A stretch of 64,000 nt of DNA, taken from the NCBI RefSeq assembly GCF_964204645.1, contig NC_134029.1:14314850-14378849 (forward strand), given 5' to 3'. This stretch comes from Tubulanus polymorphus (Eukaryota; Animalia; Nemertea). This document shows positions 34,006 through 45,554 of this stretch, piece after piece. The position numbers were made by a program, and so were the translations under genes. Within the stretch, counting starts at the first letter, position 1, and each line of letters opens with the position of its first letter. The notes under the pieces were generated by a model. It saw only the letters and a program-made list of their open reading frames with translations. It was not told the DNA's origin and did not search any database.

Positions 34006-35712
34006 TTATTTATTTTTAATCATATTCACTAACCCAAAAATAATTGCACTTACAACTGTAATTAAAAATAAAATAATATGTTCAGCAGCAAAGTTAATAA
34101 TGTTTCCTGCAGATTTCGATATAAAACCAACAATTGAAGCAATAACTCCTGGTAAAGCTGCAGCAGATTTCTTTGATAGTTCCCATAAATATTTTGCTAA
34201 TTTCTTTAAACCATCTTTAACTTTATCTTGTATAGAATTATTACCTGGAGGTTTATCTGGTTTATTGGGAGTGGGAGTAGGAGTAGATTTTAAAGCATTT
34301 GATATTGCTAAACCAATTGTTGTAAATAACATAGTTACAGCTGTTAGAATTGAAAGAATTGTTATTCCTTCTAATTTAAATAATAACTTTATTCTGTCTT
34401 TTAATGATATTTCAGAATCTGGTTTAATCAACAAATCTTTAAAAATAACTTTTAATTTTTTAATATGATTAAGATCATATGATTTTAATAATATATCTCT
34501 TTCTTCTTTTTGTAATTTTATGTTATATTCTAAATCATCTATTTCTTTTACTAAAACTAACTTTCTGCTTTCAAAATCAGCTTCATAAACTACTTGATGA
34601 TCTCTATTTAATTCTAATTGTTTTAATTCTTCATCTACATTAACTAATTCTTTTTCTAATATGGTTATTTTAGAAAATCTCATCTAAATATTAGCAATTT
34701 CACCAGCTGATTCTTGCATACCTTTAATTTCTCTACGTGCTTGTTCAGGAAATGCTTCTAATTCACCATCAGTTAAATCAAGTAATCCTTTTTCTAGTAA
34801 AGATTGTATTCGATTTATTCTAGTTTCAGTACCGGGCGTATCTAAAATACTAATCATATCTTCTTCAAATGAATTCATTGTATCAATTATTTTACCATAA
34901 TTTAATTGATTTGAATCATTATCAATTTGTTGAATATCTCTTCTCGATGTTTGGGGTGTTGAAGATCTCAATCTATCTAATCGATTTCTATTCTCTTCCA
35001 TTTCTGGATCAAAATCAGTAGGATTTGGATTTGGATTTTTAAATGGTGAATATTTGTTTATATCAATATTCGGAATTGGTTCTTCTTCATTTATTCTATC
35101 GATTGCATTCCATATAATTCTGAGAAATTCTCTACCACCTTTTGAACCTTCAATTGTAGATGTTGCTCGCATTTCAGGTTCATAAATATTTTCTTGACCC
35201 ATTTTAGATAATTGAATTGTTACAATATTCCTATTTAAATCAAGATTATAATACCATGCATCATTTTTAAATTCTAAATTATTTGTGAAATATGGGTCAT
35301 CTTTAAAAATTTGTTCTACAACACCTTCTGTATCAATTTCATGTATTACAACTGTTGGTAATAATTCGTTAACAATTGTATCTGTTACTCTAGATTTCAT
35401 TTTAAATAATTCCAAACGTTCATCAGGATATTTTTCTTGTTGTTTTTCTAATACATTCATTAATTCTTTTCTTTCTGTTCTAGTTGTAATTCTACCACTT
35501 TTAGGAGCTTCTAAATATTTATTTAATTTTTCACGTACTTCGGCATTAATTCCATCATCATAATCATCATCTTCACCTAAATTAGTATTATATGCTGATT
35601 CATCATCATTATCAATATTAGTTTCTGCATCATTATAATCATCATCAATATATCCTTCATTATTATTTCCCATTTCTCCCATTTCATAATCTTCTCCACC
35701 TTCTACTTCCAT
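34006..35712 (-). pseudogene. Acidic/coiled-coil membrane-associated viral protein, split by one stop
   Basis: In-frame ORFs of 342 aa and 225 aa separated by TAG at 34684-34686. Confidence 0.8.
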
Positions 35713-35728
35713 TTACAAAATAAAAAAA

Positions 35729-37117
35729 TTAAAATTTAAAATATAATATTCCTCCGATTACAATTCCTATACAAGTTATAGCTAATTTAGTATTTTCATG
35801 TGATTTATTATCATCATTTAGTTTAATTATATCATGTTGAATTTTATCAGTTCTATTATTTTCTGATGTATTGTAATCTTTTATTTTAGAATCATTAACC
35901 AATTTAATATTCTTAGTTTTAGTTTCTGTTGATTGAATGTGTTTTTTATTTTTTTCACCTTCCATTAATTTTGGAGCAGTAATAATCTTTTTATTTATAT
36001 CATTTAATCCAAATGAATTATTTATTGTTGCAGTTTTAATTAGATTATTATAACCAATTATATTTCCCATCTTTAATACTAAATCATTAGAAATAATTAA
36101 TAGATTAGGGCCTATACAATAATTAAGTCTTACATGAGATTTATCTAAATAATTTTGATATCTTATAATGTTTTCTGGAATCGATCTATTTTTATCATTA
36201 TGAATTGAATCTTCAAATAAAACTTTAAACTGTTTTTGTGTATCGAATGATGTATTCAAATTTCCAATTATCGGTGATCTTGTTTCAACTTGCGCACCTA
36301 AAATACATATCAAATAAGTTCTAATAGATTGATTTATTCTTTCTATACCTGATTTAGTAAAACCTTCACTATTTTCTAAAATAAAATATACCCAACCATT
36401 ATTGTTTTCTTGTTTTAAATTATCATAAAATTTCGGTAATTTATTGAAATTTAATGTTTCTAAATCCTTAGTTTCTATTTTACCATAACCTAATTTATTA
36501 TTATAGATATTATAAAAACTATTAGATGGTATGGGAAGTGCACAATATTCTGCAATCTTTTTAGGGCAAGGAAGTGATCTTATTGTTCCAATTTTTGTTC
36601 TAAAATCAGAATTATTTATATCTATATTAAATTCATTGCAAATTTTATAAAACTTTGATAAATTAATATTATTATCTAATTCTTTGAAATACCTAGATCC
36701 TGGTAAAGCGCACTCTAATTCATTTAATATTATTCTGATTTGAAAGTATGTATGAAATCTAAATAAACTTTGAATTAATTTATATTTAGAATTATTCAAA
36801 TGATCATTCCAACTAATTCCACATCCTGTTGTTGCACAATAAACAGCAAAATTTAATTGGTTCTGCCAATACTTCATATTAGATTTTAATAACCATTGTT
36901 TTTCATCTTTCAATTTTTTAAAATTAATTAAATATATATGAAATATATTTTCCATCTTTGCATTAAAATTATTAGTTTCAGTAACATAAATTTCTAAATT
37001 AGTTAATGAATCTAAAACTTCATTTCTATATGTAATATCTTTATTAAAATCTATTGCTGGAATATTATATTTAATTGATTTATTATATTGGAAAGCTTTT
37101 GGAAAACTATCTACCAT
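35729..37117 (-). CDS. Conserved Polinton protein (WQNQLNFAVYCATTGCG), C-terminal TM
   Basis: Intact 462 aa; ortholog in Mav1. Confidence 0.8.
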   Translation of the reverse strand: MVDSFPKAFQYNKSIKYNIPAIDFNKDITYRNEVLDSLTNLEIYVTETNNFNAKMENIFHIYLINFKKLKDEKQWLLKSNMKYWQNQLNFAVYCATTGCGISWNDHLNNSKYKLIQSLFRFHTYFQIRIILNELECALPGSRYFKELDNNINLSKFYKICNEFNIDINNSDFRTKIGTIRSLPCPKKIAEYCALPIPSNSFYNIYNNKLGYGKIETKDLETLNFNKLPKFYDNLKQENNNGWVYFILENSEGFTKSGIERINQSIRTYLICILGAQVETRSPIIGNLNTSFDTQKQFKVLFEDSIHNDKNRSIPENIIRYQNYLDKSHVRLNYCIGPNLLIISNDLVLKMGNIIGYNNLIKTATINNSFGLNDINKKIITAPKLMEGEKNKKHIQSTETKTKNIKLVNDSKIKDYNTSENNRTDKIQHDIIKLNDDNKSHENTKLAITCIGIVIGGILYFKF

Positions 37118-37135
37118 TTATATAATTAAAAAAAT

Positions 37136-37569
37136 TGATAATTTATTAATTCTTTTAATAATTTATCTTGTTCTTCAACTGTTATATGACCATTTAAACT
37201 TATTATATAATCTAGTGTGTTCTTTAATTTATTAATTTCTTTTATATTAGATTTTATTTTTTCTTTATTACTTTTTATATTTAATTTTGAACTTATACCA
37301 GTTAAAACACTTGAACTTAATCCTAATACACCAATTGATATAGCTTAAGGTGTTAATGGACTGAATATTGCTAGAAATGTTATTACAGAACTAATTGTAA
37401 CCGAACCACTTATAATCAAATAATATATAATTTTACTTTTTAAATATTTTTTCTTTTTTATCTTTAAGTCACTTTCAAATTCTAATATTTGTTTTTCTAA
37501 ATATATTTTTAATTTAGTTTTATTTATATCATGAGGAATAATATCAATACTATCAACTTTATCTTCCAT
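37136..37569 (-). pseudogene. Hydrophobic-hairpin viral protein, premature stop at 37345
   Basis: Ortholog of 12152..12586. Confidence 0.7.
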
Positions 37570-37589
37570 TTATTTAGCAAAAAAAATTA

Positions 37590-38012
37590 CTAATTAGTAA
37601 ACTTATAAGCAACAAATATAACAATAACTGTTCCACCTGAAATCCAAATTATTTCATATTTCTGTTGTTCTTTACTTGGGGTATAATAATCTGATAATTT
37701 AGGTTTGTATAGATGTAATTTTTCTTTATTTGTTACTGCGTTATATAAACTCATTGCATCATCAACTGATTGAAAATCTCTATGTGAAATCTTCTGATCA
37801 TATAATTCTTTATTGATGTAATCCATATAGTTTTGCCTCTTTTCTCTATATTCTTCTGCAGCTTTATTGTATTTCTCTAACGCTAAGTTATGTCTTCTTT
37901 GTTCTCCTAATGAACTATTTTTATCAATATGTTTAAATAAATAACCACCACCAGTAAATGCTAAAACGTTAGCAATTGCCGATCCTATAATAGTTATAAT
38001 TGCAGAAGCCAT
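37590..38012 (-). CDS. Conserved membrane-associated viral protein (140 aa)
   Basis: Intact; homolog in all three elements. Confidence 0.8.
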   Translation of the reverse strand: MASAIITIIGSAIANVLAFTGGGYLFKHIDKNSSLGEQRRHNLALEKYNKAAEEYREKRQNYMDYINKELYDQKISHRDFQSVDDAMSLYNAVTNKEKLHLYKPKLSDYYTPSKEQQKYEIIWISGGTVIVIFVAYKFTN

Positions 38013-38037
38013 TTATTTAGCAAAAAAAATTATGTAT

Positions 38038-38259
38038 TTATATGGGAGGAATATATTTTTGTTTTTCCAAATAATCAATTGTTAAATTAGATAAAGTAAC
38101 TGCTAATGTTAATTTTAAAATATCATTTATATCAAATCTATCAACATTAACACTTCCCATTTTGAATACTTTTTTTAATACCATTGAATAACCAACCGTT
38201 CCAACTGATAGTAATGCGCCATTATATAATCCAGTTATTATCCACTTATTATCACTCAT
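38038..38259 (-). CDS. Small hydrophobic viral protein (73 aa)
   Basis: Intact; homolog in all three elements. Confidence 0.8.
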   Translation of the reverse strand: MSDNKWIITGLYNGALLSVGTVGYSMVLKKVFKMGSVNVDRFDINDILKLTLAVTLSNLTIDYLEKQKYIPPI

Positions 38260-38262
38260 TTA

Positions 38263-38601
38263 TTAATCAAAAAAATTACTATCTTCAAAATATTTAGTTA
38301 ACTTATTTATGATTAATTCAACATTTATTTTATTACTAGTTTTATGATTATCATATATTTTGGATAATATGTTTTTGATATCATCAATAATTCCATCTTC
38401 ATTTAATTCATAATATTCTAAAGGTGATTTAATTAAATCAATTACTTTTTCTATATTATAATTTTCTTTATCAATCATTGATGCATTGTTAAATGATTTA
38501 CTTTTTATATCAGTAATTACGTCATTTAGTTTAATTCTCATTTCTTTACCATGTTTAAAATCAAACCCAAAACATATACTCGGTCCAACAGTTATATTCA
38601 T
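38263..38601 (-). CDS. Hypothetical viral protein (112 aa)
   Basis: Ortholog of 10605..10961 with a divergent middle. Confidence 0.65.
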   Translation of the reverse strand: MNITVGPSICFGFDFKHGKEMRIKLNDVITDIKSKSFNNASMIDKENYNIEKVIDLIKSPLEYYELNEDGIIDDIKNILSKIYDNHKTSNKINVELIINKLTKYFEDSNFFD

Positions 38602-38617
38602 TTATATATCAAAAAAA

Positions 38618-39378
38618 TTACTCTCTACATCTTATAACTAATTCATATATCACAGGAAAGTTATTTAAATCAATTAAGTATCCATTATGATTTCTAATTT
38701 CTAATCTAAAATTATTAAAATGAGGAATGCAAGGTTTGAAATCACATTCTGTTAAATTATAATTTATTTGCGTTCCAAATTCTTTAACATTCTTCAATGG
38801 TAAAATGTTTAGTAAACCAGAATTACAAGTTATATCTTTAGTTGCTTCGAATGTTTTTGTAGGATCGATTAAATTGCAATAAATATAAAAATGTGTGTAA
38901 GGTATTAAGTTTGGTGTAGTAGCGTCAATATTTGTAAATGATCTATCTGGAATAATTCCTAACAGTTTAGCTATAGGTTTTTTACCATAAATTTATGTTT
39001 TTCACTATTAGACAACCTCATCTTTATTCTATCAGAACTCTCATTTTTTAAAAATCTAATACTAAACCCAGAACTACTACCTAATTTGTGCCAGGCTTTT
39101 CTATTAATTTCTTGTGCCAATGTATCTAAATTATATAACCCTGGTTTTAAATATATATAGACCCATTCATTTTTATTTTTATTAAAAACTAAAAAGGCTC
39201 TATGTTCAATAGTTTTATTCGATATATTGTAAAAAGAATTACATAAACTTATATTTACTAATTTTAAATCAACACAATTCTTGAATTCTCTATCTAATTG
39301 TACTAATAAATTATGTGATTTATAATTTGTAAGTTTTCTAGAATCAACAAATATTCTGTATTCTTTTAATTCCGCCAT
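38618..39378 (-). pseudogene. Minor capsid protein (penton), frameshifted near 38980
   Basis: Ortholog of 9835..10588. Confidence 0.75.
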
Positions 39379-39395
39379 TTATTTTACATATTTTC

Positions 39396-39737
39396 TTATT
39401 CGAAATCTATTTCATGGTGCCCTTTTTCATTCTTACCTTTGTATACGAAATAGAAATCTCCAGAACATAATTCTTCTAGATCTTCACTTGATAATCTATG
39501 AAATCTATCTGGTAAATAAGTTCTGAATTTATATGTATTTCCTTTTAATCCTTCATATTCTAAATGAATTACTAATTTATCTCCATATTTATTAGTAATT
39601 GTTTCAATGTTAGTAATTAAATATTTCTTGTGAATTGTTAACTCAGTTAGTTTTTTAAATTTATAATCTACAGATTTGACGCTTGAAGTATCTTTAATTC
39701 TATCTAAGAATTCACTGTGTACTTGTTTACTCTCCAT
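39396..39737 (-). CDS. Conserved small protein, possibly OB-fold
   Basis: Ortholog of 9464..9817. Confidence 0.55.
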   Translation of the reverse strand: MESKQVHSEFLDRIKDTSSVKSVDYKFKKLTELTIHKKYLITNIETITNKYGDKLVIHLEYEGLKGNTYKFRTYLPDRFHRLSSEDLEELCSGDFYFVYKGKNEKGHHEIDFE

Positions 39738-39765
39738 TTATTATACACATTTTTATTGAAATTGA

Positions 39766-40956
39766 TTAACACGCCGCTAGAATCCTTTTCATAATCTCAT
39801 TTTCTTTTGTTTCTTCTCTTTTGAATTTTATATATTCATCTAAATTGCAACCATAGGCGACTGTGTGGATTCCATCATCTAAAATATATCTTTTATCATC
39901 AAATGGGTTTAGACTTATCTTCTCTATCTCTTCAATATACATTTCATGATCTTCAGATCTTAAACATTTCATCTTATGTTTTCTAACTTCTTCATTAAAT
40001 ATACAATTGATGTAATCTTTAAAATGAATATTCTTTTCAACAACGCTTTTGGTAATTCCTTTTAACTTTTTAGCTTCATGAGTTGTGGTTTTATATGAAT
40101 ACATTTTAGATCTAATACCAATGAACTCTATCATTTCTTCACCACCTAATTCATCCTTCATGACAATTCATGATTTTTTGGATAATTACTAAAATCAAAA
40201 TGGTGTTTTAATGTTTTTAAATCATCTGTTATGTTATCAGTTTTTATCTTTAATATATAACTGTCAGTATCAAAGTATAGAATTTCTATGTGTTTTTCTC
40301 CAAAATGAGGTTGTAGTATATTATAGTAAAATTTATACATTAGGAATTTTGATAATTCTAAAACTGCAGCTCCAACATAAATCGGTTTGTTAAATTTCAT
40401 ACTTGTTCTTCTCATTTTAACTGCAGCTAAATTTTCATCAAATATTCTGTTACCTATAAACTTAGGATATGATTGTAAATGCCTTATCCTTTTACCATTA
40501 CTAACTAACTCAATATCATTTCTATTTCTTATGTTTTCACAAGTTTTTCCATAGAATGCATTATTCATTAACTTAAAAAAATCTTTTTCAAAATCAGTTT
40601 TAGATTTAGTTCTCTGTGTAGTATTAAAATCTATATATTTTTCTAACCATTTAGATTGACTGAATGAAATATATCTATGTCCTTTTTTTAATATCATTCC
40701 TTGTCTCAAATAAAACTTCAACATTCTATAATGCACAACGTAATTATATTTATTTTCTTGAGTTACCATTAACTTTTCAGTATGAATATGATTATCGGGT
40801 TTAATTCTTTTTTGATAATTTAGTTTCTAATATATCATCGTTATATTCTAGTTTCAATTTATTCTCTAAATGTGTTCTAGTTTTATTGTGTCTTGCTTTT
40901 TGGGATTTATCTATATCGATATTACATGTTGGGCAGTAGTATTTATTTGCTTCCAT
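39766..40956 (-). pseudogene. pPolB remnant with ~2.8 kb internal deletion
   Basis: N-terminal MEANK..ETK is joined at 40816-40821 to the region just upstream of motif B. Retains KLMNNAFYGKT and YFDTDS. Confidence 0.93.
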
Positions 40957-41302
40957 TTTAATACTATATTTTTTATTAAAATTGATTTTAGAAGTTCAAT
41001 GATTTAAATGTTATTCATTTATGTGAATATTTTAAGAGTAATAGGGATAATGGGCTTTCGGGTTAAAGGTTGAACGGGCGGGTGAGTAAAAATGAAAAAC
41101 ATAAAAATAATAACAATTTCTACTTGAATTAGGAGTGAAACTCATAAAATGAAAAATAAATTCGAGCGTGTGAGAATTTATTTTTCATTTTTATGAGTTT
41201 TGCGAGTAATTCAAGTAGAAATTGTTATTATTTTTATGTTTTTCATTTTTTACGAGCTCGACCGTTCGACCTTTGATCCGAAAGCCCATTATCCCTATTA
41301 CT
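40843..41302. repeat. Mav2 right TIR; fold-back palindrome 41037-41302
   Basis: Reverse complement of 25782-26241. Confidence 0.95.
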
Positions 41303-41308
41303 GATAAT

Positions 41309-43915
41309 CCTGGAAAACAGTTGCGTGAAAAACCAACAATAATCCATGACAAGAATAAATGCCTTCGTCTTGAGATGTCAAGAGACCACCCTTTGCTCGT
41401 TCAACATTCGCGAATTCATACACAGGCATTGAGGGCAAATGGAGACATATCAATCATTTTATCGAAATCCAACCCCAAACAACCATCTGTCTCCGATATT
41501 ATAGCCACCGAAAAATATGTATCGGGTTATGCATGCAAAGGCAAGGAGCCAACAGGTGCCACGATTGATTTGTTCAACGACATGATAAACGTAGCAGACG
41601 ATAAGGAAGGTATTACTGCTAAATCCATTACCACAAAGTTACTCATGCAAACCGTAAAACGAGACATGGAAGTTGAGGCATCATATGAAATATCATCGCT
41701 ACCACTATATCGTTGCAGTCACATATTTAAGATGTCAGCTTATCTGGGACAAGAAAATTAGAAAAAACTGGTGTGGCTGCAACAAAATCAACTCCACTTG
41801 ATAGATATCTCGAGAGACCAATAAAGGACAAATCTTCATGGTATAATTACATTTGTAAGAGCGGCAAAGTTCCTGTTATTTCAGCCACTCCATTATAAGC
41901 AACTTGGTCACTTTCTGATGACTACAGTAGAACAATGTTGATAATGCACAGGCCAAACTGGCGTAAACTTACTGACATCAAGAGCACGGAACAATTATGG
42001 ATAAATAAATTCGAAGAGTTTTTGCAGTCAACGGAATGTCCTAATTTTGTAAAAGCGGATGTTGAACGAGCAAAGTCAAAGATATCGCACATCGAAAATG
42101 ACGATCTGACAGTCATTCACAGGAGCAGCCTGATTGGATCGAATTGGTACGGCCAACAAATGATTTTATCGAGGTCATATCTGATTTTGAGCACAATGAT
42201 GGGGGACCCGATTTTGATTGGAGTGTATCACATTTTGATTACCCAGAAGACCTAGGGATAGATTGGCTATCTGAATTGAATAATGAAGCCGAGATGGATG
42301 AACAAGAATTACAGTTACCTGATATTGAATTTCAATCTCTAAATGCAGAACAACGGTTTGCCTTTGCACTTGTGATGCACACGCTATTCGATTTCAAGGA
42401 AAATCCTGAGATTGAGCCACTACGTCTTATTGTTGCTGGAACTGGAAAAACTCATTTGATTAACAGCATCGTCAAAGGAACCCGCATTTTATTTAGAACC
42501 AATAAATCTGTTCAAGTTATATGCCCGACCGGTAATAGCGCCAATCTGATATCAGGTGTAACCTGCCACAGCTTCCTAAAAATACCAACAGGAAAAGAAA
42601 AGAGCAAGGAGTAGGTAGCACCTGACGGCATTAATGGCCGACAACTGCAAACAAATTGCGATGGTCTACACGTTCTTCTCGTAGATGAAAGGTCCCTCAT
42701 TGGTTGCACAAACTTAGGCTGGATGGAATTTATGTGTTGGTATGGTGTCAATTGTGAGAAAGATACAGACAAACCATGGGGAGGATTACCTGTAGTAGTG
42801 TTTCTTGGTGATGACATACAACTTCCACCAGTGTGTGACACGCCGGTATACATGACGCATGCAAAGTCTCCTGCCGCTCCTGATTGGTGTGGAGAGATTT
42901 CAACACAGCAGTCACTCTCACCCAGATCATGCGACAGGACGAGTCACAAAAAACGCTGAAAGAAACCTTGACATCTTTACGTGATTATACCTTGTTGTCA
43001 GCCCAGGCACAATGGCTCCAATCATTCCAGTGGAACCAACTTCGTAGAAAAAATGGTTTGATTGAAAGAATGACGGAATCTGGATTGTTCGTTTTTCCAA
43101 CACATGACGAAGAATCTAGTCATAATCGCAACGAAATTTTGAAGAAGAGTGCTGAACACCCCATTGCAAAAATCAGTGCTGTCATGCATGGGCCCCATGC
43201 ATATAGTGATAAACCAGAGAAGGCTGGCGGTCTCTTAAAAACCCTCTACATTTGCCAGGACGCCAGAAGAAGTCAAGCTCGTATGTAACCTTAACGTTAA
43301 ATATGGCCTATTCAATGGATCAGTGGGTATGGTCAAGAACATTATTTACCTCAATGGACGAAAACCAGATAGTAATGCGCAACCAGACGTTGTAAGACGT
43401 TGGTAGAATTCACAAAGTACACAGGGCCACCATTCGTCGCAGATCATCCAAAAATAGTACCCATTACTCCCGTAGAAAGACGAATTGACTGTTTTGCAAA
43501 GGCTGTAAAAGAAAGCAAATTTCTTTGCGGTTAGGTTGGGGCACAACCATACACAAATGCCAAGGTATGACGATTGGTGCTAACGAAGTAAATAGATATA
43601 TCATCATAAACCCAGGAACAAGGTCATTTGAAAGCAGGAATCCTGGTGCATTATTTGTAGCTCTACCGAGAGCCAAGTCAGCAGGCGATGATAATCGTGA
43701 CCCGGATTTTGCTTGGCACCCGAGTGTTCTTGTTAATGAAGATCGCCTGTGTCATAAGGTGGAAACGCCTACTACCAGAGCCAGATTTAGAGAGATTGAG
43801 CGAATCAAAGCCATAACCTTACGGACAATTGAACTCTACCATCAATTAAGAACATGAAACATATTTTGACCAGTTGTGTGAGGATATGAATCAGACGGGG
43901 TATAACGAAGAGTAA
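41309..43915 (+). pseudogene. Helitron polyprotein 3' part: Rep catalytic tyrosines and PIF1-family helicase
   Basis: RANGDISII..KYVSGYACK (YxxxY); LNAEQ..AGTGKT; PTGNSA; VDE; WGGLPVVVFLGDDIQLPPV; LTQIMRQ; TIHKCQGMT; FVAL.RA. Confidence 0.88.
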
Positions 43916-44622
43916 ACCCAGACTTCAAATGTCCAGTGCTCATGCACGTTTCAACCTTTAATGCCTTTCCTATTTAATTACATGTGTATTTGATTACATG
44001 CCCACTCCCCAGAAAATAGGAAATATTGTAATATAACATAGGCCTAATCTATTGAATCAAAATTCATTGTCGGCTATTGTAACTCTTGTTGAGTCTCTTA
44101 CTAAAAAAAAACAAAAAAAACTCATTAATCGCTGCAAAATACGCACTGACCCATTTGAATTGTTTAACCTATTAGCACTCAAGCAGCCCTCATCCGCTCT
44201 ACCGATTAATCCTTAAGTCGTCTGAATCCGCCTCGATTCTTTCGTACTTCTTACACAAAAACAGTTATAATGGGATTTGAACCCAATAGCTTATGACAAA
44301 CTAGACACCATAGACGTCAAAACTCCATAGAGAAATGAACATCTTCTTATTTGAAATTCTCGCAGATATTCCTGACTTAGGTCAACAGGGTCACGTGTAC
44401 ATTCGTTGATATCAATAACTCACTGAGAATGAATGCAGCAACTTTCTAAGTTGTATTTCACTCTTGTTGTATAAAAATAATTGTTTCCATGGCAGCTCAG
44501 ACTTAGGCTGGCTTGACTGTTATACAATTTTCAACTCCCCCTAGGGTCAAAATAAAGGACCATGGTTCAAGTAGGATCAAGGTCCAGCACCGATTAGTAG
44601 AATGGGGAGAAAACATAGTTAA

Positions 44623-45238
44623 GGCCACACAAAAAAAAACAAATCCTGTTTCTCGGGCGGGGCAATCACCAAAATGGGTAGGTAGTAGGTAGGTAGGTAG
44701 GTAGGGATTTATTTTTTCTTTTTAAAGAAAAAAAATTTTGGGGAATACTTTTGAAAATGGGGTAGGTCACCGTATATACTTATTACTGGACCAAATTTTT
44801 AGTCGGGAATATGATTAACCACAATGATAAAATGAAATTGACGTGTTTGCACAATTACTTATAAAAAAAAATATATTTTGAACATATTTCACGGAATTCC
44901 TGGAATTTACAATCCAAGGTTGATCAATGTCCAACAAGCAAAGTTGTCTGAGCATGGTTGCACCATTTCAGATTGTTAAATCCGATGCAACAAAATATTT
45001 TTATGACGTTGATCTCAGTGCCGACGTCACGATTTGATTAAAAAGAAAAAAATATTTATGAGAATGGAGAATTTGGTAGTCGATTGGCCACATATATATT
45101 TTACATATATGTTATTTCACCCAAAATTTTGGATAAGAGTTGGTAGGCAATTAAATTTTATTTTGAAAACAATTGTTTGAAACAACGAAATATCGGGTCG
45201 GTCGGGCCCGAGAAACAGGATTTTCTTTTGGTGTGGCC
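44623..45238. mobile_element. 616 bp MITE, PIF/Harbinger-like (TAA TSD)
   Basis: taa|ggccacac..aatcctgtttctcgggc and gcccgagaaacaggatt..gtgtggcc|taa. Confidence 0.75.
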
Positions 45239-45554
45239 TAATCATCAAAATACACTGGATGAGCCCGGCAATAATGAGGTGTGAAATGACACTGCAAACA
45301 ATTATCAAATCAAATCTGTTGATATTTTCCTAAATAAACCTGTATTCAATCCATGGATGAACTAACAGTGGTCAAGTAATGCAGCCCACAATATAACCCA
45401 AGTATCAAGACAAATAGTCAGTGTCTTCAAAACTATCAAAATAATTGGATTCCATCTCAGAACGAATGAACAGACATTTCCTTAAGAGCATCTTCAAAAC
45501 TTACCAAAATAACCGGATTCCCGGATGGATAAGTGAACGCAGCCAGAAAATAAG

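Larger units (their letters stand above)
25782..41302 (-). mobile_element. Mav2: Maverick/Polinton element, 15.5 kb, internally deleted, relative of Mav1
   Basis: AGTAAT...ATTACT termini and 460 bp inverted repeats. Perfect 6 bp TSD gataat (25776-25781 / 41303-41308). Intact integrase, ATPase and MCP ORFs. Confidence 0.97.
21986..43915 (+). mobile_element. Decayed Helitron2/Helentron-like rolling-circle transposon interrupted by Mav2; ends approximate
   Basis: Putative 5' subTIR ttaagcgcacag at 21986. OTU-Rep-PIF1 coding fragments are colinear across the Mav2 insertion. The 3' terminus was not identified. Confidence 0.75.

Noticed and set aside
32034-35563. Plus-strand ORFs antisense to Mav2 genes, and similar antisense ORFs across Mav1 and Mav3
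   Set aside because: Shadows of codon-biased genes on the opposite strand, with no motifs of their own.
41222-41308. Start of the 179 aa ORF inside the Mav2 TIR
   Set aside because: Chance open frame through the TIR joined to the interrupted Helitron Rep frame; TTG start, not a real N-terminus.
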